NCBI GenBank assembly: GCA_046563655.1
Contig: CM102288.1
Span: 5,146,001 to 5,210,000, forward strand
Length of the DNA stretch: 64,000 nt
Reading direction: 5' to 3'
From: Yuukianura sp. NJ FZ-2021
Lineage: Eukaryota
Position numbers and translations under genes: made by a program. How positions within the stretch are numbered: the first letter of the stretch is position 1; each line of letters opens with the position of its first letter. The notes beneath the pieces were generated by a model. That model made no database searches. It was not told the DNA's origin and saw only the letters and a list, made by a program, of their open reading frames with translations. This document shows, piece by piece, positions 25,011 through 39,108 of the stretch.

Positions 25011-28000
25011 TTGTTTTTTGTTTACGGTTTAATAGTTAATAGGCAAATGAACAAGCTAAGATTAGTTTTTTAAAACTATCTTTGGATGCTAGGTCGTTCA
25101 CTTTGGGTTGAGCGTTTTATTAAAGTTCGTTGTTTTTAAATTTTGTTTTTCTTTTTGAAGTTTCCGGAACCTAAATTTTTGCATGAAATTGGTTGCACTT
25201 TGTTCCTTAAATTTTTCTTGGAACACAATGAGAAATTGAATCTCATATTTTCATTACGTTTTTATTACACTTTTCCGTCCGCTCCTCAAGCTGTCATAAC
25301 TTTGTTCAAAAAATTAATCTCTACATCTTTCCCTCCCTATCATAAAGGTTTAGAAAATTCAAAGTGTCAAATTGCTTCCGTATGGCAGATCATCATAAAG
25401 TTCAACAAGTTGAGCACTTTTCCTCAAATTTTGTCTATATCCACAAAATTCTCCAAAGTTCATAAATTCCAAAAATCTTGTTTCAGTTTCCAAAAATTTG
25501 GTACAAGTAAAAATGACGCAAGTTTGGCGTGTCGTTCCGGAGAAAAGTGAATTTGTCAAATCTAGTTAAGGAGATAACTAGCTTAGTTTTTTGTCTTTTT
25601 TGTTAGTTTTTTTTTGTCCTTTACTACTATAGTAATAGAACTCTACCAAGTGCATGATGCCAAAAAGAAAGTTCAAAGAAAGTTGAGCCTGCGATAGTTA
25701 CTTCCTCCGTCAGAGAAGAGTTGATTGAATTGGGAAAAAGCAAATCAACTTTCTCCAATCCCACGCTTCAATTTCCCTACGCCCCCGGACTGTCTCTGTA
25801 CTTCCCTTCTGACCCTAATCTCATCACAGTGAAGCCAGATGCCCAGGTCATGAAATCAGAACTTTTCCCGCCCCCGGCTAAAATACAAATTGCATTTGCT
25901 TTTAGCTTCTGCTTCAAATCTCACTTTGAAAAGTTTCTGCAACTGCGCAACTTAATTGGCAGCACTGTGACGCACATTAGCTTATAAACAATTCTGGAAT
26001 TTTGCAATTTTGAAAGTTTTGGCATTTCGATGATTTTTTTGAAGCAGCCGGAAATTAGTGCTATTTACCGACGTTTTGAAATGACAAATGTTTCTCTCAC
26101 TGTGCAAATACTCTAATGACAGCGCAAGACTTTGGAAATTGCGAAATAATTCTTTGCGAGTGCGCAAGATTCCAAGCATCGTGAATAAATTATTGTCTCC
26201 AGTTGTACTTTTCCTCTAAAATGAGCCTAATTATGGACTACGTGGTGGTAATTTCTCAACTAACTTCTACTTCAGTTGCTCCTAAATAAACATAGAAAAG
26301 TAGAGAAAACATGGCTGGATTTGGGCAACATGTAGAGGGCAATTGAGAACGGTGAAACATGTAATTAAGGAACTATTCATTACAACCATTACTCTAATGT
26401 GTTACTTCATGGCAATCAGAATTCCAAAACGCACAACAAAAACTCCCCTCTCGCCCTTTTCTCAGACCCTCCAAGCAGAAACGTTTCCAAATTCAAATTT
26501 ACCCGCTCATTTTCTTTTAAAAAGAAAAAAAATGTAAGTTACGCAAAGGATGAAATGTTTAATCTCTTGTTTCTGAAATATTGTTTGAGATTAACTTTGT
26601 TTCAGAACAACATTGTGAAATCACCAATCGCGTCTGTCCGTCTGTACGTCTGCGTGTTCACTGGACTTTCCCAACGGTTAAAAACGAAAATCAACTCGAA
26701 ATCAATATCGTGTTTTGATTTAGTTTTTAAACGCTTACGTTTGAATTTAATTTCCTTACAAGATCATTTGAAATATTGTTCCAAAGGAAAATCGACGACG
26801 AACTTTCCCAGGTCAAAGTTCAAACGGAAACTGAGGTTAATGAAAACTAGAAATTGGTTGGATTGCCAAAAACGAGTAGCTCTTTGCCCTGAAATTTACA
26901 CTTTTCCATTTGAAATTAAGTTCCTGCTCTGTTTGTTTGAATAAATTTGGAAGTAGCTGGGGGGAGTATTGGAGTCTCACAGTTTGTGATTTGAATTCAA
27001 GTAATCTCGAAATGCATTTACTTTGTAAAAGAAGAGTCACAAGGTTAAAATTAGCTTCGGAGGCTTCATTCTGCAAGTCGTTTGTCAAGGTCCACAACCC
27101 ATGAAATCGCATCCGTCCTCTTCACAGTTTGAATTTCCCTCCACATCTGGTTCCCACTCTTTCCCCATATCCATTCATCTACTTCCTACGCAAATGCATT
27201 TCATTCTTTGAATTATAAAGATGAAACATCGAATCACATTTGTCTAACTTCCTAACACGCGTAAACAAACGCAGAAGAAATCAAAAGTGAGAAAAACAGA
27301 GTCAATTACCGGAAGAAAAAATATTTTCATCAAACTTTTTTCTTACATCAATAACTGCCTTAAAGCTGCTAAAAATTTTGCAAAACTTTATAGAAAAATT
27401 CACTTCCGGATGAACTTTTGCCGAAGTAAAATTTTTTTTTCCTTCGATCCGTTTTATTTTCAATGTTTTGTATTTTTTTCTTTGAAATTTGAAACTTCCG
27501 CTTCTGGGCTTTGAAGTGACCCCATTCGAGGACCCTTAATCCCCGTCGCCCCTTTCAGCACGTCGTAATTAACAGAAGAGAGAGGAGGCGACAGGAAAGC
27601 GTCTTTGAAGTGGAAAGCTTTTACGCCGCTGTGAAAATAAAGTAAACGAACGGTTAGGAGACTCGAGGCGTATTTAGCACGCGATTGCACACAGAAACCA
27701 CTAAATCAACTCTAGAAATCTATTACTCCCAACTTGTATTAAATCTCAAAACTTACTAAAATTCTATAAACTTCTACTTATTTATTAAGCAGCAATAACT
27801 ACTTTATGAGTTTATATCATTCTGTCTGTCTGTCCGTTTGTCATTCATAACTACCAAACTACTACAACTACCGAAATCGTGTCGTAATTGATTTTTAGGG
27901 TTGAATTTCTACGGCTCCGGAAGTAAGAAATGTGTAGATTAGAATAGGCCAATTCCAATGTTCAAGTAAAAACTAAGGTTAAAGTAAAATTTTAACTACA

Positions 28001-30732
28001 TTTAATTTGAAAAAAATGCGTGTAAAAAGTGAAGTAACTTGTGTCGAGAGCATAGTTTTAAAGTGTAAAAAATTCACTGTCGCTACTTGTGTATGAAGGT
28101 TTACAACTGCTTATTTATTTAGTTGTGTACAGAAGTAAGCAGCTGCCTCAATGCAACCAAAACGGAAGAGAACAAATGTGCAAACTTGAAATACAAATGC
28201 AAAAGTTGCGTGTAGTGATTATCCTATCGCACAATTATTTTCAGTTACAACCATTTTGCACGAACTTTTTTCATATCGAATTCTGCTCAACTTTCACTAC
28301 CGAGTAGTGGAACAGTAATGGCCAGATAATGCAAAATTACATGCCATTACGCCCAATTGCTCAACCGTATGTTTTCGTATGTTAGTTTTCATAATTTGCT
28401 GATATGACGAAGTCTAATTCTGGCTCAAACTGAGAAAAAATTCTGCAATTTTAAAAAATTTCAACCTAAAAGGCTTCAAATTTGAAATTTGTGCAATATA
28501 TTCGTTATGCATAGCACAGAAGTGAACATTTGCAAAAAGTAGTTGGTACTCGTGAATTTTTTGCACAAACAAACAGGGTTCAAATCGACGAGTGATCGGC
28601 GTTTTTACACATCCGAAACGATGGGGGCGACAACCAAATGTAAACAACGACCAACACAGTTTTTTGAAAATTTAAAACTAGACGGAAAACTGAACAAGAA
28701 ATTTCTTGTTCCTTGTTGGATTTTTAAACAAGCTCCGGAAAGAACCACAGTTGACCTGGTTTTGTAAATAATAAATTACACGGCAAACTCCATCTTCTTT
28801 TTACTTACACACATAAAAAAAACCGCTGAACTTTTCACCTTTAGCGAAAAAGTAAACTTCAAACTAAACTCTTTGGCAGAAGCCTTCTTTTCTAAAAATT
28901 TATTTTGTCAGAATTTTAAATTTAGTCAATTTTCTTTTGTGATGCTCTAACCGACATTGTTGCGACAACTTTTCTAATTTTTGGTTTCAGGATCAGCTCC
29001 CTTGTGGCTCCAATCACGTCAGCAGCCTGTGAGATTAAACTTTTTCATTTTTGAAAACTGCAAAATGTTGAACAATTTGAATTTTAAATTTGGGCAGAAG
29101 GAGCAGTGACTCCGCAGGGCACAAAATTGCGCTCTGGAAAATATTTTTCTGGGAACTGAGTTTAAGTAATTGTTAGCCTGCGGCTCCATTGCAACTGAAA
29201 TAGCAAACCTCATCGTTCTATAAATCTGCTTTTGAAAAACCTCCTTCTCCTAAAAATTTTTATAAAATCTCACATTAGAAGTTAGGGTTACTTCAAATTT
29301 ATGTTATTCCATCATTTAAATAGATCTGAAGGCGGTATGAATTCAACTAAAGTTAATGACCAATGTTAAGAGACGACTGAATGAACGAAGTGAGGTGAAG
29401 TTGCACTTTGATGAATTCGGAGGAACCCGGACTGCAAAAGACCCATGCTGAGTGACCTGTGACCTTGTGAATGCTCCATGCCACTCTGTCCCTAGTCGTT
29501 TGTGCAGTTAGTGTAGAGTGCAGTTAGGCTAACTTAACTGAAAGTGGCACTTGAACTGAAGCTTGAAACGGAATAAATGGAATTAGGAGGCTAATAAAGG
29601 CCTTGGTCTATTTATCTTTGTCTGCCCCACGAGCTCCTTCCAAGAGAGTCTTCCAAGAAAAGCATCTTGGGCAAGATCTGCAGAAGATGCTGCGGGAGAT
29701 GAGTCTGTTTGAGCATGAGGCTTGATCCACTTCCAAATTCATTTTGATGAGCCCACCGAGATGCTCTGAGGAAATATTTCTGTTAATGAATTCATTAGGA
29801 CCCAATGGGAGACAGCAGAAACAACTTTCACTCAAACTCTAACTTTCTTCCAGTATATTTCCGCTCCTCTGGTCCATGTCTCACACAGACTTCTTACTCA
29901 AATTCAAAAACAAGCGCTATCAATAACAATGACTTTACGATTCTTCAAACCTTGACGCAATTTTTGAGTTTTGCACATTTTTGTATACTATATGTTTACA
30001 TTTTTTAATGTTTATATTTCAAACTGGCGAAGTGGCGGAAATTTCAAACTCATTAGTGGGAAAGGGCGTTGACTTTTTTTTTCGTTGATCGCGTGAGGCG
30101 TGAGTTTGTGGTTTGCAGTCGTTCCAGAAAAATTCAACTTTGGCTTAAAAAGGCTTCCAAAACAAATCCGCAGTTTTCCCGCCCAAACCATTAGATTTTT
30201 TTTTGTTTCAAAAATGTGTTTTTTTGAAAATAAGTTGAGACATTACGATTACGACTAGTATCCAGCAGTTGGACATTGTAAGAAAATCGACTGGGGTGGT
30301 AAGAACATTAGACACGGCGCACTGGCCATCACAGTGACTCCAGCTCTCTTAATTTACTCCACGAAATATCGCTGGGGGTCCAAAGCCCCATCTTCCAAAT
30401 GGACCTAAACTTTCCGCCGCCGCCCAAAACACAACCAACAAATCTTTGGAAACAAAAAGTTCATTTCAAATTTTTCAAATTTCAAGTCTCCCGCCACATC
30501 ATAGACAGAAATCCCTCAACCTCCATGGTGTCTGAGGTGTTCAGTAAATGTGGTTACTATTTCTCTTTGTCGGCTCATAATTTGTCTTCCTGGAATCTAC
30601 TTTATGATTCAGATCTGTATGTCTGCCCAAAGAAATTTTTTGAGTTTTAGTTGAGTAGAAATTATTGTTGATTTTTCAATTAACTAGGTGTCCATCACTT
30701 TGCGTGCCAGATTTTTAATTAGTCCAACACAT

Positions 30733-30893
30733 CAGTGTTGCTGGATATCCACTTTTTTGACGTTTCGTCCAGTGGATAATATATTTTATCCGGAAGAAAT
30801 GACTGGATAAAATGGATATAAATTGATACTTCTGGTTACTTCCACCTATTTTAATGTAGGTGGAAGAATTATTTTATCCATCCAGCAACACTG
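30733..30893. mobile_element. hAT-type MITE (161 bp)
   Basis: 14-bp TIRs CAGTGTTGCTGGAT / ATCCAGCAACACTG. 8-bp TSD CAACACAT / CAACACGT (7/8). Internal TGGATA repeats. A degenerate relative lies at about 43901-44260. Confidence 0.85.
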
Positions 30894-31646
30894 CAACACG
30901 TAGAACACTGTTATTAATTTTTTTTTGGTTCCGCTACTTCTTTACAACGTTTTTTTTGTAAAACCGAAAAGGTGCGTTTGTTTCACCCAAAAACAAAAAC
31001 CACTTTTCAAATTAAAGCGCCGAGGGTTTTTGGGGAAGATTACTTTATCTGGAGCCATAAGTGAGAACAAAAGGGGAGATGACACCTTACCGCCGGAGGA
31101 GCGGTAAATTTAAAAATGAGGCAGGGGCAAAGTGAGACTGGAAGTGGAGCTCCCTGGAGAGTCCGCTCCGCCTCCACTTGACTTGAAAACTTTCATAAAT
31201 GTCACAATCTCACAAGGGCTCCAAAACTTCATCTTCTCCTGGCGGCATAAATTAAAATCCAAACTTCATCTTCATAATTATATTGGAGGATTTTCATTAG
31301 GGAAGACACAAGGAAAACCCAAATTGGGACGCCTTGCCACTGGAAAACACGGAATTTCAAAATGTTCAAAAGGTATGTTCCTGCCAAAAAACAAAAGTTT
31401 AGAAACCCCCCACTGTCCACAGAAAGCTCCCTGCCACTCAAACTTTACGGGAGAAATAAGAGGGAAAATTCAAATTGCAGAGGAGAAAGTAAAAGTGAAG
31501 GTGATGATTATTATAATGAAGGATTTCTTCTACGCCAATTAAAAACTGAAAACGCGGCTCAATTTAAATTTCCCACAAGGATTTTGGAACCATTAATAAA
31601 CTTTTCTCTCTACTTTCTCCTGTTCTTTGCAGACGTCGGCGCTTTC

Positions 31647-31847
31647 CAAGGTTTGTAAGCAACAAAATAGTTTTTTCTTAGCAGGTTAGGCAATGAGTCG
31701 CCTTTTTATTTTTTCCTGGTTGAAATTTCCAAAGTAAAACGCATATACAACTTCAGGAGAAAAATTGTTTACAACAAGATTTTTGGAAAAGTGGAGTTAT
31801 TGCCTAACCTGTTAAAGAAAAACCATTTCGTTGCTATAGGAACCTTG
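31647..31847. mobile_element. CAAGG-terminus MITE
   Basis: About 50-bp imperfect TIRs caaggtttgtaagcaacaaaatag...gcaggttaggcaat / attgcctaacctgttaaagaaaaaccatttcgttgctataggaaccttg. Flanks ggcgctttc / agcgctttc. Confidence 0.8.
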
Positions 31848-34800
31848 AGCGCTTTCCACTCGCTTTAGCGCTTTTGGACTCTGCCTCTTCACAAGGGCGG
31901 AGTCCGATATGCTTACCTTTTAATTATAATTTTCGTTTCATTTTTCAAATTTTACAGGATTCCCGCCATAATTAAAATTTAACTAGCAGCATCGCATTTT
32001 AATCAGGAAAGCTATAGATGCCCGCTAAATTTCAAACTCTTCATCTATAATTTTGGCTCGAATTTCGCTAAAGGTTTCACTTTTTCTTTTAGTTCAGGTT
32101 TGCTTCCATGCCAATTTTGAAACCAGCGGTAAACTCCCGCCAAAAATCGAAAATCCTCCCCTTTGTGTTCAGGGACTCTGAAAAAGCTGATTTCATTCTT
32201 TTGCTGCTCTTTTTGGCACGTGAGTTGACACAATACGGCATAAGATATTGAAGGGACAATTGACCTTTGACCCCTTGGAGCGTAAAGTAAATGCTTTTGG
32301 CTTTTTACACTGTGCAAGATAAGGAAATACCTTCATCCCTCTGGATCAAATTAATTTAAGCCTTCAGCTTCCTCTTTTTTCACATTTTTTTTTCAAAATG
32401 TCTGTTTTTTTCCTTTTTTTTTTGTCGAAACGTCTTTTTCAAAGTCAAATCTTTACTCCCGCAAAGCTCCGGATTTTAGGATTTTGCCAAATCTCTTCAC
32501 TTTTTGGTTTTTAAAATTTTTGGCAACACAAACTTTTTGTTACCGATTTAGAAGTTTAAGTGAACTTTGCAAATGAACACACCGCTACGTGCGTGCTTCC
32601 TAATGAATAGCAATACTTTTCCTCTCCATGCCTCATTTCCTTCTGAAAAAGCTAAGCTTTAGGAATTTTGAAAAGCCATTTTTTCAAAACTTGAAAAAAA
32701 GTTTTTGAAATTCCAATTCCAACAACCTGGCCACAAAAAAGTTTAGTTTTAAAAGTTTCTTTTTTAAAAAATAGGCACGGATTTACTGAGAGTTGAAAAA
32801 AGTTTCGTTCTAATGATAATTTCGAGTGCAAAAAAAGAAGGAACTTAAGCCGAATCCAAACTTTGATGAAAGACTTAAGCCCAGTTCACACACACAGCTC
32901 TCTGCTGGCTCTGGTGACACTTTACAAATGGCTTTGGCACACAGTCTCATTTTGCCCCAAAGTGAAAGTGCCCTTTTCATCATTTGTCTCTCGCCGTTAT
33001 TTCTCAGTTGGCAGAAGGCGCAGTGCAGCACAAGTGCTTCAACTTTTCTCATTTGTGCTGCCAGTACTTTTTTTGTTCTGGAGAGATTTTTTGTGTGCTG
33101 GAGATCCATTATCTATGGATAATGTCTCATAAGTTTGTATTAGATTTTCCTATTAGACAACTTCTTTGCTCCAACATCTTCCCCCTACTGTAATGTCTTA
33201 TTAACAACGAAGCACACACACTCCCCTCCCCACCCTCAAAACACATCTTCTTCCGAGGTGTTAAAATTCGTAATTACCCGCCAGCCAAAATACGGACACT
33301 AAACTTGTGCCTGCTCTCTGACGCTGAGCCGTACTTGGAAAAATATTAAAATGGAAAAGTAGGTGCTAAATTCCTATCCTCCGATTCTCCCCTCTTTTCC
33401 AACAAAAATGGTTAACATGGTTGTGTGCTTGGAGCCAAAACAGCGAAAAAACATTTTGGTGCCAAAACAGCGAAAACAAAGTTGTTGATGCCAAAACAGT
33501 GAAGAATATGGAAGAATAGAATTCTTTGTGCTAAAAAAAGTTAGCAAAAGAACTATTACTCGGGAACAGCGAAACAAAAAAAAACTTAGAATGCAAAATG
33601 GGCGAAACAAAAATAGCGAAATAAAAAATCCTTTAAACTAGGAGAGAATGCAGGCGGGAAGATCTTTGGTATAAAAAAAATTGAAACTAAAAACAAAGGA
33701 ACTTTAATAATCAAAACGCTAAACCTGTATGGGTAAAAGTATTGGAGAAAAATAGCGAAATAGAAAACCGTTTACTCAAAACCTAAAAATATTGTATGTT
33801 CGTGCACGTAGTGACAAGAATATTTTTTTCAAAATGTTTGTCTTCAGTTTGTCTTTCGACATTTTTGTCTAGCGGCCCGTCAACTCTGGTTATTAATTGA
33901 CATAGGGACATGACGCGATGAGAAGAGCAGAGAACAAGGGAAAATGTGCTTCTTCGCCACTTCTGTTTTTTACGACCGAAAATATTAACGATCTCTCTCA
34001 AGTTTTAGTCTGGAGAAAGTTTTAGTTAGAGCTTTCCCGCGCATCTAACAGCAGATTAATGCTGCTACGTGTCTTAAAGAATGTTCTGACTTTCTAGAAA
34101 GTTGTAAAGAAGTGATGATTGTAATTACCAGAACTGATGAGCAGTTGAGACACCACCACCAGCACTACTAGGGTCCCTCGTCCACCGTCCATCGTCCGTC
34201 GTCCACCGCCCATCTTCAATTAGACCAACTTTCACAAGAGTTAGGTTTGTTCCTTAGCCTAACACTGCAGCATCCCTTGAGAGTTTCCAACTTCGTGAGG
34301 ACATGGAGCAGTCAGAGAAAGTTCCTGGAACTGAAAGCACCGTTTTTCCAGCCACTTTTCCGTTTTCCAAAAGTTCGGTTTTTTCTTATTGAAAGTGACT
34401 GCTCAGACACCCAAAAGTTTTTCTGAATGCAACTGGAAAATGCACTTTCCTCACTTTTTTTTTTGAATTTTGGTTCTTAAACAAGACAAAGATGAAGAGA
34501 AAGTAGTTCGTTTTTGGCACAAGTGAAAATTCACGTTCACTCCATCTTCTGAAAGTGTCACTTTCTCTTTTCCCGAAAAAGTTTTTGTGGCTCCCACGCT
34601 TCTTTGGGCTCTTGTAGTTCTCAGTATTTGTTCAAATTTCAAATTTTGAAAATTTCTCTGGAAGAACTACAAATTCCAAATTTCGGTTTTTTCTTTGCAA
34701 AGAAAGTCTGAGAGTGGCAAGTTTGGAATGACTTTTTCTTGAACTGAGTTTTTGAGGTAGCCAAAGGCGGATTTTTTTAAACAGGCGGAAAAATTTCACA

Positions 34801-36220
34801 CAAGTCAATTTTTTTGTGAGTTTCTCCTTGACTTTCAATATTTTGAGTTCTGAGAAAAAATGCCGCAGCTCACCAGCATCTGGTTTGTAAATTAAACAAA
34901 AAACTTGCACTTTTTTCTGTTTAGTAAAAACAAAAGTTTTGTAATTTGAACTTTGTTGGTGGCTGCTTGTGTGTATGTGTTGTTTTTGTTAATAAAAAGT
35001 CAAGTGTGCGTAATCTTGTTCCGGGAAGGACAAGATGGTGCGATAGGAGATGAGGCTCTTCAGAGTCTCATTGTCTAAAATAAGATCTCTGGCTCCGGAG
35101 TTATGTCTTGAGATTGTTGGCAACCGAACAGGATGCAGCAGTCTAATCAATGTCAATTTGCACGTATTTGCAAGTGTACACAAACGTCAGTTGTGGCAGT
35201 TTCAGAAATTAACAAAAGGTCATGTTGACAGGTCAACTGCCGGGGAGGCGTCAACGTGACAGTGACACAAACTGACAGTAACAAAAACTGCTTTTCTTTC
35301 GTCGATCTTGATCCTGCAAATAATGGAAAATAAAAGTGACATTCATTTTTTAGCACTAAACAATTCTGGTCAAAATATTTCCAAACAAAGTATCTTGTTT
35401 CATGTTTCTCACGCTTGACCAAATCAAAATTTTTAAACAGCGAATCAAAACTATATGAATTTTGATGCTCCTGAATTTGACCAAGCGATGTCTATTGGTC
35501 AGAAACACACTTTTTGAAAGGTTATTCAAAATGAAACTGTTTAAGACTTTCACTAAAAAGAAAATCTACTTTTTCTCGAATTTTTCTTTGAAAGTTCATG
35601 AAAGTGCAGAATGTAATAAGTAAATCAATTTTGCATAAATTTGAATTAAAATAATTTATCGTTGAATGGAGGTTGAATTTACATTTACAGAATTAAAGAA
35701 AATCGAATATTTAAAGTGAAACTGTGTGATGGTCTGGTTTGGTTTGGCTAAAAATATGCGAAATGAAACTTTCTTTTAATTTTAAAATTTTCCGGACTCT
35801 TCTGATTGAATTCGATCCTACAGCTGTCTGTGCTATGAGATTTGCGATGACTTTGAGACTTTGTGGAAATTTTGGCATGGTGGTTGTTCGTAATTAGTTG
35901 AAATGGAATTCCATTTGGAAAGTAACTTTTTGAGCTTTGGTATTCCGAGAATGTGGTTTCGCATTGGAAATGAACGTGAAAAGAAAACCACTTGTGCCAA
36001 CCATTATTGTTGGCGGGGAATTTCAAAAACAGAAGATCAAAATGAAAACACTCTTCGCACTTTCATTAGACCTGCCCCTGTCGAATCTCTCTTTGAACTG
36101 ACCTCATACTCTCTCGCCTCAAACAGAATAATTTATTACTTCCACCTCAAAAGCATACCCTAACTTTGACTTTAAGCCTAACTAACCTCACCTAACTTGA
36201 AACAGAAGGAGAATCCTTAC

Positions 36221-36581
36221 CTTGATGTTGCTTCTGAGATTCTTAATTGCTTCTTCAATTTATGTTAATTATGTTAACCAAAACTCGCACAAAATTCAAA
36301 GTTATTATAAATGTGACTTTCACTATCAAACCACTTTCTCGTAAAGTGAAAATGGTTGTACTGTTTTTCAAAGTTTTAGTTTAAGTTTCAATAGTATTCA
36401 AGATTTTTTTAAAACTGTAAGTGTCACTCGGCTGTTTTTGAAAAAAACGACGTTTGAATCACTAAATTTTAAAAGCTTTTGACAATATTGTTGGTTTATG
36501 TTATACTATTGTTTGAAATTTTGAAGAACGCAGTATAGCGTGCAGCACAACCGGCAGCGTCGACTACTCAAGTGAGACTGA
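36221..36581 (-). promoter_or_regulatory. Inr+DPE core promoter and putative non-coding first exon, probably of robo
   Basis: On the minus strand: TCAGTC initiator (+1 at 36579), GGTTG exactly at +28..+32 (DPE consensus RGWYV), about 360 nt with no ATG, then a strong donor AAG|GTAAGG at 36220. Same strand as, and upstream of, the robo coding exons. Linkage to robo is inferred. Confidence 0.65.
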
Positions 36582-38881
36582 CAGGGAAAGGGCGAGTTTT
36601 ACCCGGGTTAAAAGCACAACTTTTCTCCCGCTCCCGCATTTTCTCCCGTTTTTTCATGTTTAGACTTGGTTAGTCCACGAACTCAAGCACTGATGAGACT
36701 TCAGCTCAAAAATTCTAATCCGACTGCTACACTACTCTGTCATTACGCAGATCAAACTTTCTCAGTTCCTCGACCAGGGTTCACCATCCCCAGGTCAAGC
36801 GAATGCCAAAACAGACCAATTTTAACTTCCTTATAACTTTGGTTTAAATTTTCATTGAGTTGAAGAGTAAGTTTAGTTTTAGGGTATGTCTGGGCACACC
36901 AAAAATGAAGTTCTAATTGTAGGAAATATTGAAATATTTGGATGTTTTGAACAAGTTAGAGTTAGTTTTAAAATCGCTAAAATTTTGAAACTTTATTTTT
37001 TTTAACCTCTGAAAATTTGGATCGATTGTGCATTGTATAGTCCGTCCCCAAACTTCCCCGGGATCCGGATGCCTCTTGCTACTTAGAATAAATCGTTTCG
37101 TCGAAAAATGAATGCGAACAACTTTTTCCTTTTTTGAGATTTGGAATTGAGCTGAGGAGGCTAATGGGAATTGTGGTGGTGACTGAATAAGGAGACACAC
37201 GACACTCCCTCATTCTCCGATTCGGATAATGCCCGCCATCATTTGAATTTTTCCCTCTTATAGTCCCCATTGTCTCTAATGAGAACACATTCAAAAGCAG
37301 TGAGGATTAAGGACCGGATTAGGAGACTCCAATTCCACTGCCAGCGATCATCCACGCATGCGCAGTACAGTTCAACTGCGCATTTCCACAGAAAAGAACT
37401 TAGAAGAAAAACGGAAAAAATTAAAAACAAAAAAGTGTTGACAAATCGGTTTACGCTGAATTAGGTTCACTTTTGTCCAAAAATGGAACTTTTCTTTTTG
37501 TAAAATAAAACAGACACGGGAAGTTTTTTGTTTTTGAAAATGTTCCTAAAAGCTACGTAACCCCAAGTTCAAAAATCTCAAAAAGTTCAGAAAAAAGAGA
37601 GTTAGTACTTCTTAGCTTGGTTTCTGTTGTCACCAATTTGTTGACAGACAGAACGACCAGTTCCAGGCCAAAATGGATTGTGTAACGCGAGATTTTCAGC
37701 TGTTGTTTCTGCTTTTTCCGACTTTTAGCTCACATTTCTACTTTTTTTTTCAAGAACCTGGAAATCCTAAATCTCTTAGTGAGTGTTTTTGTTTTAAAAA
37801 ATTTTCACTTTTTGTTTTACTTTTTTTCGTTTGTAGGAATGATGAAGTGACCTCAGAGGTCACCGCAGAGGGATACTCGAAACTCAATGACTGTCGTCAT
37901 TTATTAAGTTCAAGTCCCCAGAAGCTCTTGGATTTTTCAAGTTAGGCCTAAGTCAGGTCAAATGAGCGTAAAAGTCTCGTTGCTTGCGTTTCCACAGATT
38001 AAGGAGGGAAATGCAAATGTGATTTGGCAGTGGGGAACCATTTCTTAACTTTTCCGGACTCTAATACTTTCTTGGAGTTCATAAAACTCTTTTAGGTTTT
38101 TCACAGAGGAACATTTTCAGTTTAAATTTTCCCTCCAAAAGCCTTTTTTTCTGAGAGTTCAAACTTTTAGTGGGGTCAAGGGACACATTGCCTTGTCTTC
38201 CTTAATGAAATAAGAGGTTTTGCGTGGCCCTGAGTACACTTTTTTTTCTGTCTCCCGCCATTGGAACTAATCATCTCAATTTTTTCTTAAGACCTGCTTT
38301 TTTTTAAATTTTCGCGCTTCTTCATTTTTTGCGCTCAGCGGAGCGCCAAATGCTATAAAAAGTTATGAGTTCTTTTGTTGCTTCTGGAGAAAAGAGGTAA
38401 CGAAACAAAATGAAATGCTACTCGTTTTCTCACCGGAGAGAATTTGCAAAGTGGATCTTTCATGCAAACGCAAAGTTTATGGTCGTTTTATTGCGAATGG
38501 CTTCGCTACTCAAATACCCGCCAAATTTACAAAGTTTCAAACACCTGCCATAGTGTCTAATTTCGCACTTGAACCGAAATTAGCGCCAAATTCTCAATTC
38601 CGGAATTTCTCATGTTGTAAATTAGACGCTAATCCAGCAGCATAGCGAGAAAATCGTAAATTGCTCCTCAACTATTTTTAGAAATTAAAAAATTCCAAAT
38701 TTTATTATTTTGAATAATTTCAAGTCTACGCTTTTGTTGCATTGCACGAGTTACACAGAAAGTACAGAAACATTAATACATTGGGTGGCCTACGTATGTT
38801 GCCTAAAAAACAGCTTCTTCTGCTACAATGGCAAATACATACTTCACTATTCTCCAACCATACTTCGCTTAAGTAGTAACT

Positions 38882-39108
38882 CAAGGTTTCTTGACAACCG
38901 AATTTTATTTTTTTCAACAGGTTGCCGAATAACTCGGGGTTTGCAAAAAGTTTCGCTTCAAATAATTTTCCACTCCAATTCCAATTGGTTTACAGAAAAA
39001 TAATTAGCATAGGACATACGTCTTTGAAATTTTTCCCCAAAATGAAAAATATTGAGTTATTAGACAACCTGGTGTAGAAAAAACATTTTTTTTTGTTTAC
39101 GAACCTTG
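38882..39108. mobile_element. CAAGG-terminus MITE with 8-bp TSD (P- or hAT-superfamily-like)
   Basis: Termini caaggtt... / ...aaccttg, inner IR caggttgccgaataactc / gagttattagacaacctg, perfect TSD TAGTAACT (38874-38881, 39109-39116). Confidence 0.85.
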
